Of a stretch of 58,048 nt of DNA, positions 47,530 through 56,921 are shown piece after piece. The stretch comes from an uncultured virus (IMG/VR IMGVR_UViG_3300037519_000101). Taxonomy: Duplodnaviria > Heunggongvirae > Uroviricota > Caudoviricetes. The translations under genes were made by a program, and so were the position numbers. The DNA lies in IMG/VR virus record IMGVR_UViG_3300037519_000101; one strand, written 5' to 3'. The notes below the pieces were generated by a model. The model worked only from the letters and a program-made list of their open reading frames with translations, made no database searches and was not told the origin of the DNA. Numbering within the stretch: the first letter of the stretch is position 1; each line of letters begins with the position of its first letter.

Positions 47530-49581
47530 TTATGAATATAATGTACATGCAAATCTAATTGCCGTAGCTGTACCAGTTGGTGTTGCAGGCATGGTTGTTA
47601 TATTTGCTGTATTAGTTATTCCAAATAGAGCATCAGAAATACCTACATCATATATAGTTCTCCAACTAATTCCATCTGCATAGTAACCTACAACAAGATT
47701 TTCTCCAACTACTAAATTTAATGTTTGTCCTATTTCTGCTGTAAGAGGTATTTCATTTGGACCAAGACCGCAGGTTAAAGATCCTTGACCTATTAAAGTC
47801 ATTGAACCACCTAAAACTCCTCTATAAATTCCAAATCTAACTAAGTCTGTTCCAGAAAAACCCCATAATTTTACTTTAGATATAGTTCCTGTAACAGTAC
47901 TTATTGTTTGATAATAATACTGAGTGGATGCTGCAGTTGGTGCAGTGTCAGCAGAAGATACATCTTGAGGTGAAAAAGCAACAGATAAAGAAGACCATGT
48001 ACCTACTCCGTTTGCATCTGATTTTAAATACTTGTCAACTCCTTGAGTTGTGTCAACTAGCCTAAATATACCGGAAGTTGATGATTCTATGTGAAGTTTT
48101 GTAGACGGTGTTGTTGTACCAATACCCACATTACCACTAGCTGCAATAGTCATTAAGGTTGTTGCCCAGTTTCTAAAGTCAAATGCAGGTCTTGTAGTAG
48201 ATGGAGCAAGTGAAGTTAATGCAGACCTAAATGACATAATAGGAGTTGTTCCTGTATCATCCGCTGAATTAATATAACCCGTTAAGTTTAATGCTATTTG
48301 ATTTGTTCCTGTAGCTTGATTACCTACTAAAGATGGTATAAATAGACTGTCAGTGTTAGCAGCATTTTGAATTGAAAATGAGGCAGATGAGTCACTAACG
48401 GCAAATGAAGCAATACTTTCTCCAGCAGAAGGTACAGCAGTTGCTTTAACATTAAGTGTAGAACTACCAACTGAAGGAACAACATTGATACCTACTTTAC
48501 CACCTGACTCAAATACAGCGCTATTCCCTAAAGTTCCTGATGCAGTAAATTTAGATAAGTAGTTTATAGTTCCTGAACCATCTACTTTGCTATTAAATGT
48601 AGTCCAGTTTGCAGAACTTAATGCTCCTCTATTTGTTGCTGATGCTGTAGGAATGTTAAAAGTATGTGTATCAGTAGCAGATGATATATTAAAATCTGTA
48701 CCTGATGTTCCAGTAGCAAAATATTGTACTTGAGAAGTTAACCCATTTAATGCGGTTAATCCTGTTGTAAATGTTGTAAGCACCTCACAAAGATTTCCAT
48801 TCTCTGTATGCAAGGTTATAGTTCTTCCACTTGTAATTACATAAATACGAATTGCTAATCTATCAGTTATAAGTAATGAAGTTTGCGGTACAGGAATTGA
48901 AGTAAAGTATTGGTCAATAGTTGTACCATTTGTAATACCTTCAGGATTTGCTGATCCACTTGCAACAAGTGTAAAAACATTTGTAGCACTAACTTTATAG
49001 ATTTCAGCATAAAATTGTGGACTATTTCCTGATGCACTTGATTGAAAATAAAATTCTAAATTCCAATTACCTCCAGGTATATTTAAAAGTGAAGGGTCTC
49101 CTGCGTCAGTTATGAATGATGCAATATATCCATCACCTGAGCCATTTGTTCTTATAAAATTAGTACCTGCCCCAAGTATTGGTGTTTTACTCATTTGATA
49201 ATAAATATCTCCTCCAAATGTACCTTGAGAAACACTACCATTAAGATAATAATTAATTGATGAGCCACCGCCTGTTGAATTTGGAAAATTAGCTAATGTT
49301 CCGTCACCTCTAACATATTGTGAAACCGTTCCTGCTCCAGTAACTGCAATAGTTCCTGATGAAATAATAGGTGAGTTAGAAACAGAAAATGCAGAAGGCA
49401 TTGATAAGCCAACACTTGTTACACTCGGAGGTGCTCCGTTAATAGTAACTGTTACATCATTACCTATAGTTGATGCAGTAACACCAGCACCAACAAAATC
49501 AATACTAGAAACATCTGTAGTGATTATTGTTGATTCTTCTGAAACAGCAATTTTTTTCTTTATATTTATTTCTGTACTCAT
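47530..49581 (-). CDS. Tail fibre / adhesin protein
   Basis: IDFVGAGVTAS, VTSVGLSMPSAFSV, GALSSANWTTFNSK and GNVGIGTTTPSTKLHI motifs. Confidence 0.75.
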   Translation of the reverse strand: MSTEINIKKKIAVSEESTIITTDVSSIDFVGAGVTASTIGNDVTVTINGAPPSVTSVGLSMPSAFSVSNSPIISSGTIAVTGAGTVSQYVRGDGTLANFPNSTGGGSSINYYLNGSVSQGTFGGDIYYQMSKTPILGAGTNFIRTNGSGDGYIASFITDAGDPSLLNIPGGNWNLEFYFQSSASGNSPQFYAEIYKVSATNVFTLVASGSANPEGITNGTTIDQYFTSIPVPQTSLLITDRLAIRIYVITSGRTITLHTENGNLCEVLTTFTTGLTALNGLTSQVQYFATGTSGTDFNISSATDTHTFNIPTASATNRGALSSANWTTFNSKVDGSGTINYLSKFTASGTLGNSAVFESGGKVGINVVPSVGSSTLNVKATAVPSAGESIASFAVSDSSASFSIQNAANTDSLFIPSLVGNQATGTNQIALNLTGYINSADDTGTTPIMSFRSALTSLAPSTTRPAFDFRNWATTLMTIAASGNVGIGTTTPSTKLHIESSTSGIFRLVDTTQGVDKYLKSDANGVGTWSSLSVAFSPQDVSSADTAPTAASTQYYYQTISTVTGTISKVKLWGFSGTDLVRFGIYRGVLGGSMTLIGQGSLTCGLGPNEIPLTAEIGQTLNLVVGENLVVGYYADGISWRTIYDVGISDALFGITNTANITTMPATPTGTATAIRFACTLYS

Positions 49582-49586
49582 ATGTA

Positions 49587-50012
49587 CTATGAATTATAAA
49601 TTATTACTAATTCTGTTCCTGTAGCATTATAAGTAAATGTACCAGCAGTATAATAATTATTTATTGCATCTGCACTAAAGTTAAGAGTTTCTCCTGGTTT
49701 AATAATAACACTTAAAAAAGTTCCGTTAGCAGCACCCACATTTGAAACAGATACACTATAAGTTATAACACCAATTGATCCTGATGAAGTTGCCCTTACA
49801 AAACCGGGAGTTCTTGCTATACCAGTTTGATCAGAAGCTAATGTTACAGATACACTATCAGCCATAAGCTCTTGACCTATTGGATTTACAATAGTTAGAT
49901 CTAAACCGTTATTTACAGCATCCGCAATTGCTTGAAGACCTAGCAAAACTCTATATTGCCAAGGGTAGTTATTACCTTGATTTCCGGTATCTTTTAAATT
50001 TGCTATGGACAT
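49587..50012 (-). CDS. Structural protein (start revised to 50012)
   Basis: MSIANLKDTGNQGNNYPWQ, paralogous to 47470; promoter motif at 50039. Confidence 0.65.
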   Translation of the reverse strand: MSIANLKDTGNQGNNYPWQYRVLLGLQAIADAVNNGLDLTIVNPIGQELMADSVSVTLASDQTGIARTPGFVRATSSGSIGVITYSVSVSNVGAANGTFLSVIIKPGETLNFSADAINNYYTAGTFTYNATGTELVIIYNS

Positions 50013-50060
50013 GAAATAAATATTTATACTATATATATTAATATACTTAAAAAAATCCAC

Positions 50061-50096
50061 AAAAACAAAAAACCCCAGAAGTTAATCTAGGGTTTT
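50061..50096 (-). terminator. Rho-independent terminator
   Basis: AAAACCCTAGA-TTAACT-TCTGGGGTTTT then TTGTTTTT. Confidence 0.65.
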
Positions 50097-50117
50097 AATA
50101 AAGGAGTCAAGCAATGA

Positions 50118-50282
50118 CTATTCTGATACTACTTCTAAAGTAGGTTCAGTAGCTGGAACTAAACTGTGTAATACATTTAATGCTACCAATATTTGATTGG
50201 TATCTGCTAATGTATAAACACCTTTTACCGTAGCTGCATTCAATGCTTGCTCAATAGTTTTAACTGCGTCAGTTGGATTCAT
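50118..50282 (-). CDS. Small protein, 54 aa (not in ORF track)
   Basis: MNPTDAVKTIEQALNAATVKGVYTLADTNQILVALNVLHSLVPATEPTLEVVSE; A-rich leader; followed by a terminator. Confidence 0.65.
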   Translation of the reverse strand: MNPTDAVKTIEQALNAATVKGVYTLADTNQILVALNVLHSLVPATEPTLEVVSE

Positions 50283-50332
50283 GGTTTAAATTTTTTTGGT
50301 TTATATTTTTTGTAAATATAATAAATTTAAAC

Positions 50333-50569
50333 TTATTTGATAGCTTCTAATTCAGTTTTTTGTGCTGGAGTTAATGCAGTTGCAAACCACTCTTTACCTA
50401 ACATAATAGCAATGTGATCCACATTACGTTTTACTGTTGCTGTTTCTTCTTCTGATAATTCTGCTTTTGCTTTTAATTCAGCAATTAAGTTTACGCTATC
50501 ATAAGCTGCTAATACAGACTTTGCTGCTTGTTCAGCTGTTATTTCTTCTTTAAATTGTTCTACTGACAT
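50333..50569 (-). CDS. Small helical protein, possible fibre chaperone
   Basis: AAYDSVNLI..RNVDHIAIML; directly follows the beta-helix fibre gene. Confidence 0.6.
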   Translation of the reverse strand: MSVEQFKEEITAEQAAKSVLAAYDSVNLIAELKAKAELSEEETATVKRNVDHIAIMLGKEWFATALTPAQKTELEAIK

Positions 50570-50593
50570 TTTATTTTTATTTTAAATTAATTA

Positions 50594-51388
50594 CTAAGCT
50601 AATAAAATTTTTCTTGCTATACCATTGATTCTAACATTCCAAACTTGAGTTGATGTATTTGCTTCAAGTGTTACAGAACCTGCGTTACTGCCAGCTGAAC
50701 CAACTACAAATTGATTACTAGCTGTTGCTTGTGCTTGTTTTCCTAATATTATACAATTACTAAAATTTTGATTATCAATATCTGAACCTATCATAATATT
50801 AAACTGACCTGTAGTATTAGCATTTCCAGTACTTACACCAATTGCAATATTATCACGACCTGTAGTATTATAAAATAATGATTGAGTACCAATTGCTATA
50901 TTCTGGTAACCTGTTGTATTAAATAACATTGTTACTGTACCAAGACCTACATTATTATTACCTGTTGTATTCCTAAGTAAAGCACTATTACCAAGTGCTA
51001 TATTTTGAGAACCAGAAGTATTATCATACAGTGCATCTGAACCAATTGCAATACTTTGATCAGATGTTGTAGTATTCTTTAAAGCATTTTTTCCTATTGC
51101 TATATTTACAGAAGCTGTTGTAATAGTTTCAAGAGAATTATCACCAAGAGCAATATTATCACTACCTGTTGTTACACTAGCTAATGCTGACTCACCAAAT
51201 TTAATATTACCATTTGTAAATGTTGGCGTAATTGCACTTGCAAAATCAAGTACTGAAATAGCTCCGGCTAAATAACCGTCATCTCTCTTAGGATCTTTAA
51301 GACCTACTGGTAATAAAGTGTGAGAGGCATCTACGGAAGTAACTACTCTACCTCCTTTTGTCCATGATATAAAATTTAAAATATCCAT
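50594..51388 (-). CDS. Fibre with YadA-head-like NxAIG repeats (start revised to 51388)
   Basis: Tandem 14-aa repeats NTTGxxNIAIGxxAL; MDILNFISW N-terminus. Confidence 0.75.
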   Translation of the reverse strand: MDILNFISWTKGGRVVTSVDASHTLLPVGLKDPKRDDGYLAGAISVLDFASAITPTFTNGNIKFGESALASVTTGSDNIALGDNSLETITTASVNIAIGKNALKNTTTSDQSIAIGSDALYDNTSGSQNIALGNSALLRNTTGNNNVGLGTVTMLFNTTGYQNIAIGTQSLFYNTTGRDNIAIGVSTGNANTTGQFNIMIGSDIDNQNFSNCIILGKQAQATASNQFVVGSAGSNAGSVTLEANTSTQVWNVRINGIARKILLA

Positions 51389-51401
51389 AATTATTATTTG
51401 T

Positions 51402-51938
51402 TTATTGATTGATTGTGTAAAGTTCATAATATACATACAAATCACCATCCCAGTTATTACCTCCAGCTATTGCAGGATTAGCATTATAAAGAGTAAATCC
51501 TAAACCTGTTGGTGATCCTCCTGTAGCAATTAAATATGGAATAGCATTATCCGTTATAGTGTTTTTATAATATACGGAGTATTGTACATAGATGTTATCT
51601 CTATTACCTATATTAAGATCTAGATCTAAATTATTAATAAAAAAATCTACTGAAGTAGCATAAGCTGGATCAGGAGTAAAAACTCCCATATTAATAATAT
51701 CAATAATACCACGGGGGGTATCTACTGTTACAACACTAGTAGCTGTAATATCTAACTCATAGTGTTTAGTATTACCTTTACAGCCTGATTGTACTGCATT
51801 ATCCAATGTCATTGCTACTGTAAGATATTTGTCATCTCTTTTTGTTGTCGGTACACCTACAGCAATTAATGATTTTTCTGGAACCGTAGTAGTTATACGG
51901 TTATCTTTAAGCCAGGAAATAAAATTTAAAATGTCCAT
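51402..51938 (-). CDS. Structural protein with the MDILNFISW N-terminus
   Basis: First ~45 aa paralogous to the 51388 protein. Confidence 0.65.
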   Translation of the reverse strand: MDILNFISWLKDNRITTTVPEKSLIAVGVPTTKRDDKYLTVAMTLDNAVQSGCKGNTKHYELDITATSVVTVDTPRGIIDIINMGVFTPDPAYATSVDFFINNLDLDLNIGNRDNIYVQYSVYYKNTITDNAIPYLIATGGSPTGLGFTLYNANPAIAGGNNWDGDLYVYYELYTINQ

Positions 51939-51967
51939 GATATATATATTTATTTAAAAGTTTTTTA

Positions 51968-53416
51968 TTAATAAGGATAAAATTTGCCTGTTCCTGCGTT
52001 ATATAATTCTGTTACTTCTGTTGAGCTTAGTTCTTTATTCCAAATGTTTAATTCGTCTACAGCAAATCCACTTTGAGCAAAATAACCAACAGAACCTCTT
52101 GCAGGGATATTTAGTGCACCAATACATGGTTTAGAAACGGTTGCTAAATACGTTGGATTAACAGATGTTACTTTAGTTCCAACTAAAGAGCCATTTAGAT
52201 ATAGATTCATATTTCCATTTGCTAACTTAGTAGCTGTTACATGATACCAAGTATTTGTGGAAAATGTATAATTTGCACCTAATACCGTTTCTGTATTTGT
52301 ATTATTGTAAATAGTGAAGTTAAGTACATTGCCATATTGCTCTACACCAAAACCATTTCCATTATTGAACCATGTATTTGCCGATAGATTATTCAATATA
52401 TAATTATCAACATTTAAAATTGAACTTGATGTCTTAAACCATGCACTAACGGAGAATGAACCATTCAACGAATTCAATGCATTGTCTGGTAATTGAACAT
52501 AAGCATTTGTACCATTAAATGTAAAAGCATTACCACTTTTTCCAGTACTATAAGTCAATCCACCTTGTGCTGTCCCGTTGTATGTAGCTAGTGAATCATT
52601 AACTATTGTAGAATAGAAAGCATTATTTTGGTAGAATACACCATTACCTGATTTATATAATTCAGTTATTTCTGTAGATGTTAATTCTTTATTCCAAATG
52701 TTTAATTCGTCTACTTTACTACCATTAAATGCATAGTTTGAATCTTGAACTCCATTTGGCATTTTAATATTACCTATTGTTGGTGTAGTTAAATTAATAC
52801 CAGTATAATAAACTGGATTATAAGTATCTGTATTACTTGCTTTTAATACATTATTTACGTATATTTTACTAATAGTTCCACTTTTTCTTGTAGCTACTAT
52901 ATGTGCCCATGTTCCAGGCAAAAGGTCTGCAGTTGTATTGTAATTAAAAAAAGTTGCATTTGTTTTGTCTGCAATAGCTAATTGTATAGTTGGTCCAGCA
53001 AATCTAAGCCAAAAACCACCTGGATTATTTAACCATGAAGGCGCTGACATATTCATAAATACAGGACAATTATCTAATCCACTATATCCAACTGGTAAAT
53101 ACACCCACGCAGACACACTAAAATCTGTAGTTAATGTATTAAAAGCACCAGCGGTAAAACTAACATAAGCATTGCTCCCATTAAATGTAAAAGCATTCCC
53201 ACTTTTACCAGCTGTATAAGTTAACCCACCTTGTGCTGTTCCATTGTATGTACCTAATGAATCGTTTGCATTTGACTCAGCTTTATACACTGCATATAGA
53301 TTATTGGTTAAACTAGCCAAAGCATTTGATTCAGCTTTATATACGGCATATAAACCAGTTAGTAACGAACTGATTACAGCTTTTAGCATTGAACTTATTA
53401 AGTTATAGTAATTCAT
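51968..53416 (-). CDS. Double LamG/concanavalin-A-like lectin domain protein
   Basis: FSVSAW, WxHxxAT, DELNIWNKELxSTE twice. Confidence 0.85.
   Translation of the reverse strand: MNYYNLISSMLKAVISSLLTGLYAVYKAESNALASLTNNLYAVYKAESNANDSLGTYNGTAQGGLTYTAGKSGNAFTFNGSNAYVSFTAGAFNTLTTDFSVSAWVYLPVGYSGLDNCPVFMNMSAPSWLNNPGGFWLRFAGPTIQLAIADKTNATFFNYNTTADLLPGTWAHIVATRKSGTISKIYVNNVLKASNTDTYNPVYYTGINLTTPTIGNIKMPNGVQDSNYAFNGSKVDELNIWNKELTSTEITELYKSGNGVFYQNNAFYSTIVNDSLATYNGTAQGGLTYSTGKSGNAFTFNGTNAYVQLPDNALNSLNGSFSVSAWFKTSSSILNVDNYILNNLSANTWFNNGNGFGVEQYGNVLNFTIYNNTNTETVLGANYTFSTNTWYHVTATKLANGNMNLYLNGSLVGTKVTSVNPTYLATVSKPCIGALNIPARGSVGYFAQSGFAVDELNIWNKELSSTEVTELYNAGTGKFYPY
52031..52714. repeat. 30-bp direct repeat between the two LamG domains (52031-52060 / 52685-52714)
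   Basis: ttctttattccaaatgtttaattcgtctac twice. Confidence 0.75.
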
Positions 53417-54528
53417 TATGCTTGTTGATTAAGTCCTAAAATATCCCATTTTGCATCTGTAGAATTATAAATAATTCCTAGATACATAGTTTTACTTATT
53501 ACAGTTGTGGTAGGTAAAGTTATTCCAATTGCCCTATAGTTAGTGTCAAAAGCAATTGTTCTTGCTGTACCATTATCCTTAATTCTAATCATTAATGATT
53601 GACCTTCGGAGAAAGTTCCGGTAGGATTAGCAAGTGTAAGTCCAACCGCTTGTGCTGTAATAGTTACAATATCATTTGTTGACACTGGTGTAACTGTAGC
53701 GGAACTTGCAACTGTTTGAACTCGTGGAGTAAGTGGAGCATATCCGCTTAAATCCTGATCTCCTGTATTACTTCCTGATAAGGTGGTTATACCTAATTTA
53801 CTTTTAATAGTTGTAACTGTTTCATCTCCAGTATTTGTACCTGATAAAGTACTTACAGGAGTTGGAACACCCGTTATACCAGACCAAGCAACTGAAGAAG
53901 CTGTACCCGCTGTATAAACAGCATAACCACTAGCATTATTTAAATTAGTTTGATCTATTACATAATAGAATTCTCCTGTATCACTTTGTTTAACAGTATC
54001 TCCGTTTTGTACTGAAGCTGTAGTTAATGCAAAACGTGCAGCTTGATCGGTTACAATAACTAATCTTTCTATTGCTGCTGGAGGAATCTGTGTAATAGGA
54101 ACAAGTCCACCAATTAAATCTGCTTTTGCATTTAATGCTGTTTGTGTTGCAGTTGAAATAGGTTTATTAATATCACTTGTATCATTTACATTAGGGAGAC
54201 CTATATCAGTTTTTGTTAAACTTATACCACCACTACCTACCAATGAATTACCATTAACAGTTTTAATATTACTTCCCGAAACTAAAGTGTTTTGTTTAGT
54301 ACCAAACAAACTAATCAAATCTGTTTGTAAGTTTATATTACCTATAATACTACCCCAGGAAGTACCGCTTAATATACTAGATTTTAAATCTGCAAAAGTT
54401 ACACCTAAGGTATTACCTTGTAAACTATTACCAATTGATAATGGTATCACAGCATTATTAGGAATATTTTCTATTATGTTTCCAGCTACTAAAGGGTAAC
54501 CAAAATTTATTTGTCCTTGAAAACTCAT
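53416..54528 (-). CDS. Tail fibre-like protein
   Basis: KQNTLVSGSNIKTVNG, DINKPISTATQTALNAK, SGTNTGD repeats, KWDIL C-terminus. Confidence 0.75.
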   Translation of the reverse strand: MSFQGQINFGYPLVAGNIIENIPNNAVIPLSIGNSLQGNTLGVTFADLKSSILSGTSWGSIIGNINLQTDLISLFGTKQNTLVSGSNIKTVNGNSLVGSGGISLTKTDIGLPNVNDTSDINKPISTATQTALNAKADLIGGLVPITQIPPAAIERLVIVTDQAARFALTTASVQNGDTVKQSDTGEFYYVIDQTNLNNASGYAVYTAGTASSVAWSGITGVPTPVSTLSGTNTGDETVTTIKSKLGITTLSGSNTGDQDLSGYAPLTPRVQTVASSATVTPVSTNDIVTITAQAVGLTLANPTGTFSEGQSLMIRIKDNGTARTIAFDTNYRAIGITLPTTTVISKTMYLGIIYNSTDAKWDILGLNQQA

Positions 54529-54582
54529 AGATTTTTTATTTTAACTATTAATACTATTAATAATATACAAAAAAAATTTCAC

Positions 54583-54610
54583 AAAAAAAAGCCCTAGTAA
54601 AAACCAGGGC
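54583..54610 (-). terminator. Rho-independent terminator
   Basis: GCCCTGGT-TTTT-ACTAGGGC then T8. Confidence 0.8.
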
Positions 54611-54631
54611 CCTTTTATATAAATAAAAAAT

Positions 54632-54838
54632 TTAATTTATCATTAGTACAGATATAACACCCATAACAAATGATATCATACACATCATGATTATTGCAAT
54701 ATTAGCTTTATTAACTTTCTCAACATCTTCTTGCCACATATTGTAAACCTTATTATATGTAGGAAGGCGCAAGAAATTATGCAATGCGAACAAAACATAC
54801 AAAGCAATCAACCCAATAATTAAATATATAACAATCAT
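54632..54838 (-). CDS. Small membrane protein with two TM segments
   Basis: Two hydrophobic segments; overlaps upstream stop. Confidence 0.6.
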   Translation of the reverse strand: MIVIYLIIGLIALYVLFALHNFLRLPTYNKVYNMWQEDVEKVNKANIAIIMMCMISFVMGVISVLMIN

Positions 54839-55221
54839 AAACTATCAATTCTGCGTTGTAAATATACTAAAGCTTTTTGTAAATCCTCTTTTGTTTTTGT
54901 AGAATCTTTCTTACCAGCTCTTGCAACATACTTAATTACATTACCTAAATAGAAGTCTTTATCAAGTTCCCATGCTTCTAATACTTTGAATACTTCATAG
55001 TTACTATCAGCTCCACCGTAATGCTTAGGTCTTAACGCACTTGGTTGTTCGGTAGGAGAAGTTGTACACTTACGTCTCCAGTCAGGAGAAAAGTTATTCA
55101 AAATCTTTTTATTGTACTCCTGTGGATCAACCCATTTAGGTTCTTGTGTAACAGATACATTTTCTTTTTTCAAACCTTTCATAATAGTTCTATTATAATC
55201 TCCGTAACGCATTTCATTCAT
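54835..55221 (-). CDS. DUF3310 family protein (T7 gp1.7-like nucleotide kinase family; start revised to 55221)
   Basis: PKHY..E..FYLGNVIKYVARAGKK..DLQKALVYL. Confidence 0.8.
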   Translation of the reverse strand: MNEMRYGDYNRTIMKGLKKENVSVTQEPKWVDPQEYNKKILNNFSPDWRRKCTTSPTEQPSALRPKHYGGADSNYEVFKVLEAWELDKDFYLGNVIKYVARAGKKDSTKTKEDLQKALVYLQRRIDSL

Positions 55222-55222
55222 C

Positions 55223-55498
55223 TTAGTATACAATAGCAATATCAAACTCTTTTACCAACAACTTAATCTTACCATCTAGATCTATTCTCTCTGCTCCTTC
55301 TAAAGCAAATGTTTGAACATATACTTTGTCCCCAGCTTTTACTTTTTCTACTTCATCTCCCACAGAGTGAATTTCTAACTGAGTCCATTTCTTGATAGCT
55401 TCTTTCTCGCGCTCAGCTTCTTGTGCAGGTGATAACTCTATCACTGCTTTTTCAATCTCCGGTACGTTGATCAAAATTCTTTTTCCTAATAATTTCAT
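55223..55498 (-). CDS. groES: GroES-like co-chaperonin
   Basis: MKLLGKRILI..SVGDEVEKVKAGDKV..LLVKEFDI. Confidence 0.75.
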   Translation of the reverse strand: MKLLGKRILINVPEIEKAVIELSPAQEAEREKEAIKKWTQLEIHSVGDEVEKVKAGDKVYVQTFALEGAERIDLDGKIKLLVKEFDIAIVY

Positions 55499-55516
55499 TT
55501 TCTTTTTTTATTTAAT

Positions 55517-56029
55517 TTATTTAACTATAAACCAATCTTCTGCAAGACAATCACTACCACTTGGAGCCCAATAAGCAACATCATCTTGTGCAGTTTTTAA
55601 CATAAATGCTGGGCGTACATCCATTGCTCCACCATTATTTTCAGCATATGATGCCAAATCTTTATTAAAGAAGTCTTTTGCAGGTAATGCTTTTGCACCA
55701 GGTGATAATACTGCAAACATGTTAGAACCATTCCAACCTTTTCTTGCAACTTTATATCCTTTTTTCATTGCTTCAATAGCAAATCCAAAAGTTAATTCTA
55801 CAGTTTCTCTATAAGCATCCACAAACACATCTGCCGGAGACCAAGAGATATAACCCTTATGGTTTGGATGATTTACATTAGGACTTGTTTCGGATTGTTC
55901 GTATTCAACTAAGTAACCCTCATCTGCTCCATTTTCATCAGCAGGAAGTTCCCAACCTCTGTAATCATTGTACTCTTTACGATTCATAGGTGTTGCTTGA
56001 ATCATATTTACCCCAATAAACTTTTTCAT
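55517..56029 (-). CDS. Two-domain protein with C-terminal DUF2829 / Tad2-like domain
   Basis: TFGFAIEAMKKGYKVARKGWNG..WAPSGSDCLAEDW; N-terminal GYLVEY..GYISWSP.DVF domain. Confidence 0.75.
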   Translation of the reverse strand: MKKFIGVNMIQATPMNRKEYNDYRGWELPADENGADEGYLVEYEQSETSPNVNHPNHKGYISWSPADVFVDAYRETVELTFGFAIEAMKKGYKVARKGWNGSNMFAVLSPGAKALPAKDFFNKDLASYAENNGGAMDVRPAFMLKTAQDDVAYWAPSGSDCLAEDWFIVK

Positions 56030-56035
56030 TCTTTT

Positions 56036-56314
56036 TTATTTAAACGTGATTACTTTTACTACTGCCATTTGCGCACTTACTAATTCTCCTACAGCATGGT
56101 CAAATAGCAAACTTTTAATTGGGTTTCCTGGTCCATCTTGGTAAGAGTCTTTAAGAATATTAGCTGCTTCTGCAAACAATTCTTTTACTTTAGCTACACC
56201 ATCATCATTAGATGGATTAAACTCAATACCTACTAATTGCTCACCAAATGAAAGCACCTTAGCTTCATTTACTTCAACAATCCCTTCTGGGATTTTTACA
56301 ACTGTCTCAGCCAT
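56036..56314 (-). CDS. Acb2/Tad1-like helical-hairpin protein
   Basis: FNPSNDDGVAKVKELFAE..HAVGELVSAQMAVVKVIT resembles the A..E..MWAVK pattern. Confidence 0.55.
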   Translation of the reverse strand: MAETVVKIPEGIVEVNEAKVLSFGEQLVGIEFNPSNDDGVAKVKELFAEAANILKDSYQDGPGNPIKSLLFDHAVGELVSAQMAVVKVITFK

Positions 56315-56394
56315 TACTTATATTTTTTAATTATTAAACTTTGAAGCCATCCTTTCAAGGCTTCTACTCTTTGCTTGTTACTTGTTTTACTCAT
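56314..56394 (-). CDS. 26-aa microprotein (not in ORF track)
   Basis: MSKTSNKQRVEALKGWLQSLIIKKYK; ATGA overlap upstream and TAATG overlap downstream. Confidence 0.6.
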   Translation of the reverse strand: MSKTSNKQRVEALKGWLQSLIIKKYK

Positions 56395-56678
56395 AATAAT
56401 TTATTTTCGGTTTTCTTTACTTTTAAAAAAAGTTCATCTAGTTGTCCTTCTGTTAATACACTGAAGTAACCTTGACTATCCTTTACAATATAATCATTAG
56501 GATTACACTTCTTAGGACCCAAATCAGTATGCACATATAATGTCAACTGCTTTGTATTAGCCGGTATAATAAACTCTGCTTTACTATTTGTAAATGTAAA
56601 CACAGAATCTCTTTCATCATCTATGTATTTTAACACATCAACATATGTAGGCTTACTCATATATCTTTCAGTCATCAT
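56391..56678 (-). CDS. Small phage protein of the KKP..V(E/D)..GDYI (PGDYG-like) family
   Basis: RYMSKPTYVDV..HTDLG..NPNDYIVK..GYF. Confidence 0.55.
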   Translation of the reverse strand: MMTERYMSKPTYVDVLKYIDDERDSVFTFTNSKAEFIIPANTKQLTLYVHTDLGPKKCNPNDYIVKDSQGYFSVLTEGQLDELFLKVKKTENKLL

Positions 56679-56902
56679 GCATCATATTTATTAGTTGTAA
56701 CATTCACAGACGGCAATTCTTCAGCTGCACCCTCTTCATCAAAGTCTCTAGCTAGTAAATCAAACTTTACCTTTTCTAATAAACCCACTATAACTGGAAT
56801 AGTAGATTTATCAACTCTCTGGAGTCTGATTTCAAATTTATCATCTGAATTAATACTGATTTCTACAAGGACTAGAGGTTCCTTTTTTTTACTCTTACTC
56901 AT
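56675..56902 (-). CDS. Hypothetical protein
   Basis: VIVGLLEKVKFDLL; first gene after the TATATTTG element at 56922. Confidence 0.7.
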   Translation of the reverse strand: MSKSKKKEPLVLVEISINSDDKFEIRLQRVDKSTIPVIVGLLEKVKFDLLARDFDEEGAAEELPSVNVTTNKYDA

Positions 56903-56921
56903 ACTTAGTTTGTTGGTTCCA

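Noticed and set aside
43950..51448. Longer N-terminal extensions in the ORF track (43988, 45291, 50060, 51448)
   Set aside because: The extensions run through promoter or terminator sequence, and paralogous N-termini point to the downstream ATG
51968..53416. DNA repeats in the LamG gene as a DGR template/variable pair
   Set aside because: Both copies are in-frame coding domains, differences are not adenine-specific, and no reverse transcriptase is in the window
1573..55574. Short + strand ORFs and nested alternate-frame minus ORFs in the track (e.g. 1573..1842, 26330..26761, 26782..27156, 42208..42399)
   Set aside because: They overlap convincing minus-strand genes and look like antisense or off-frame shadows
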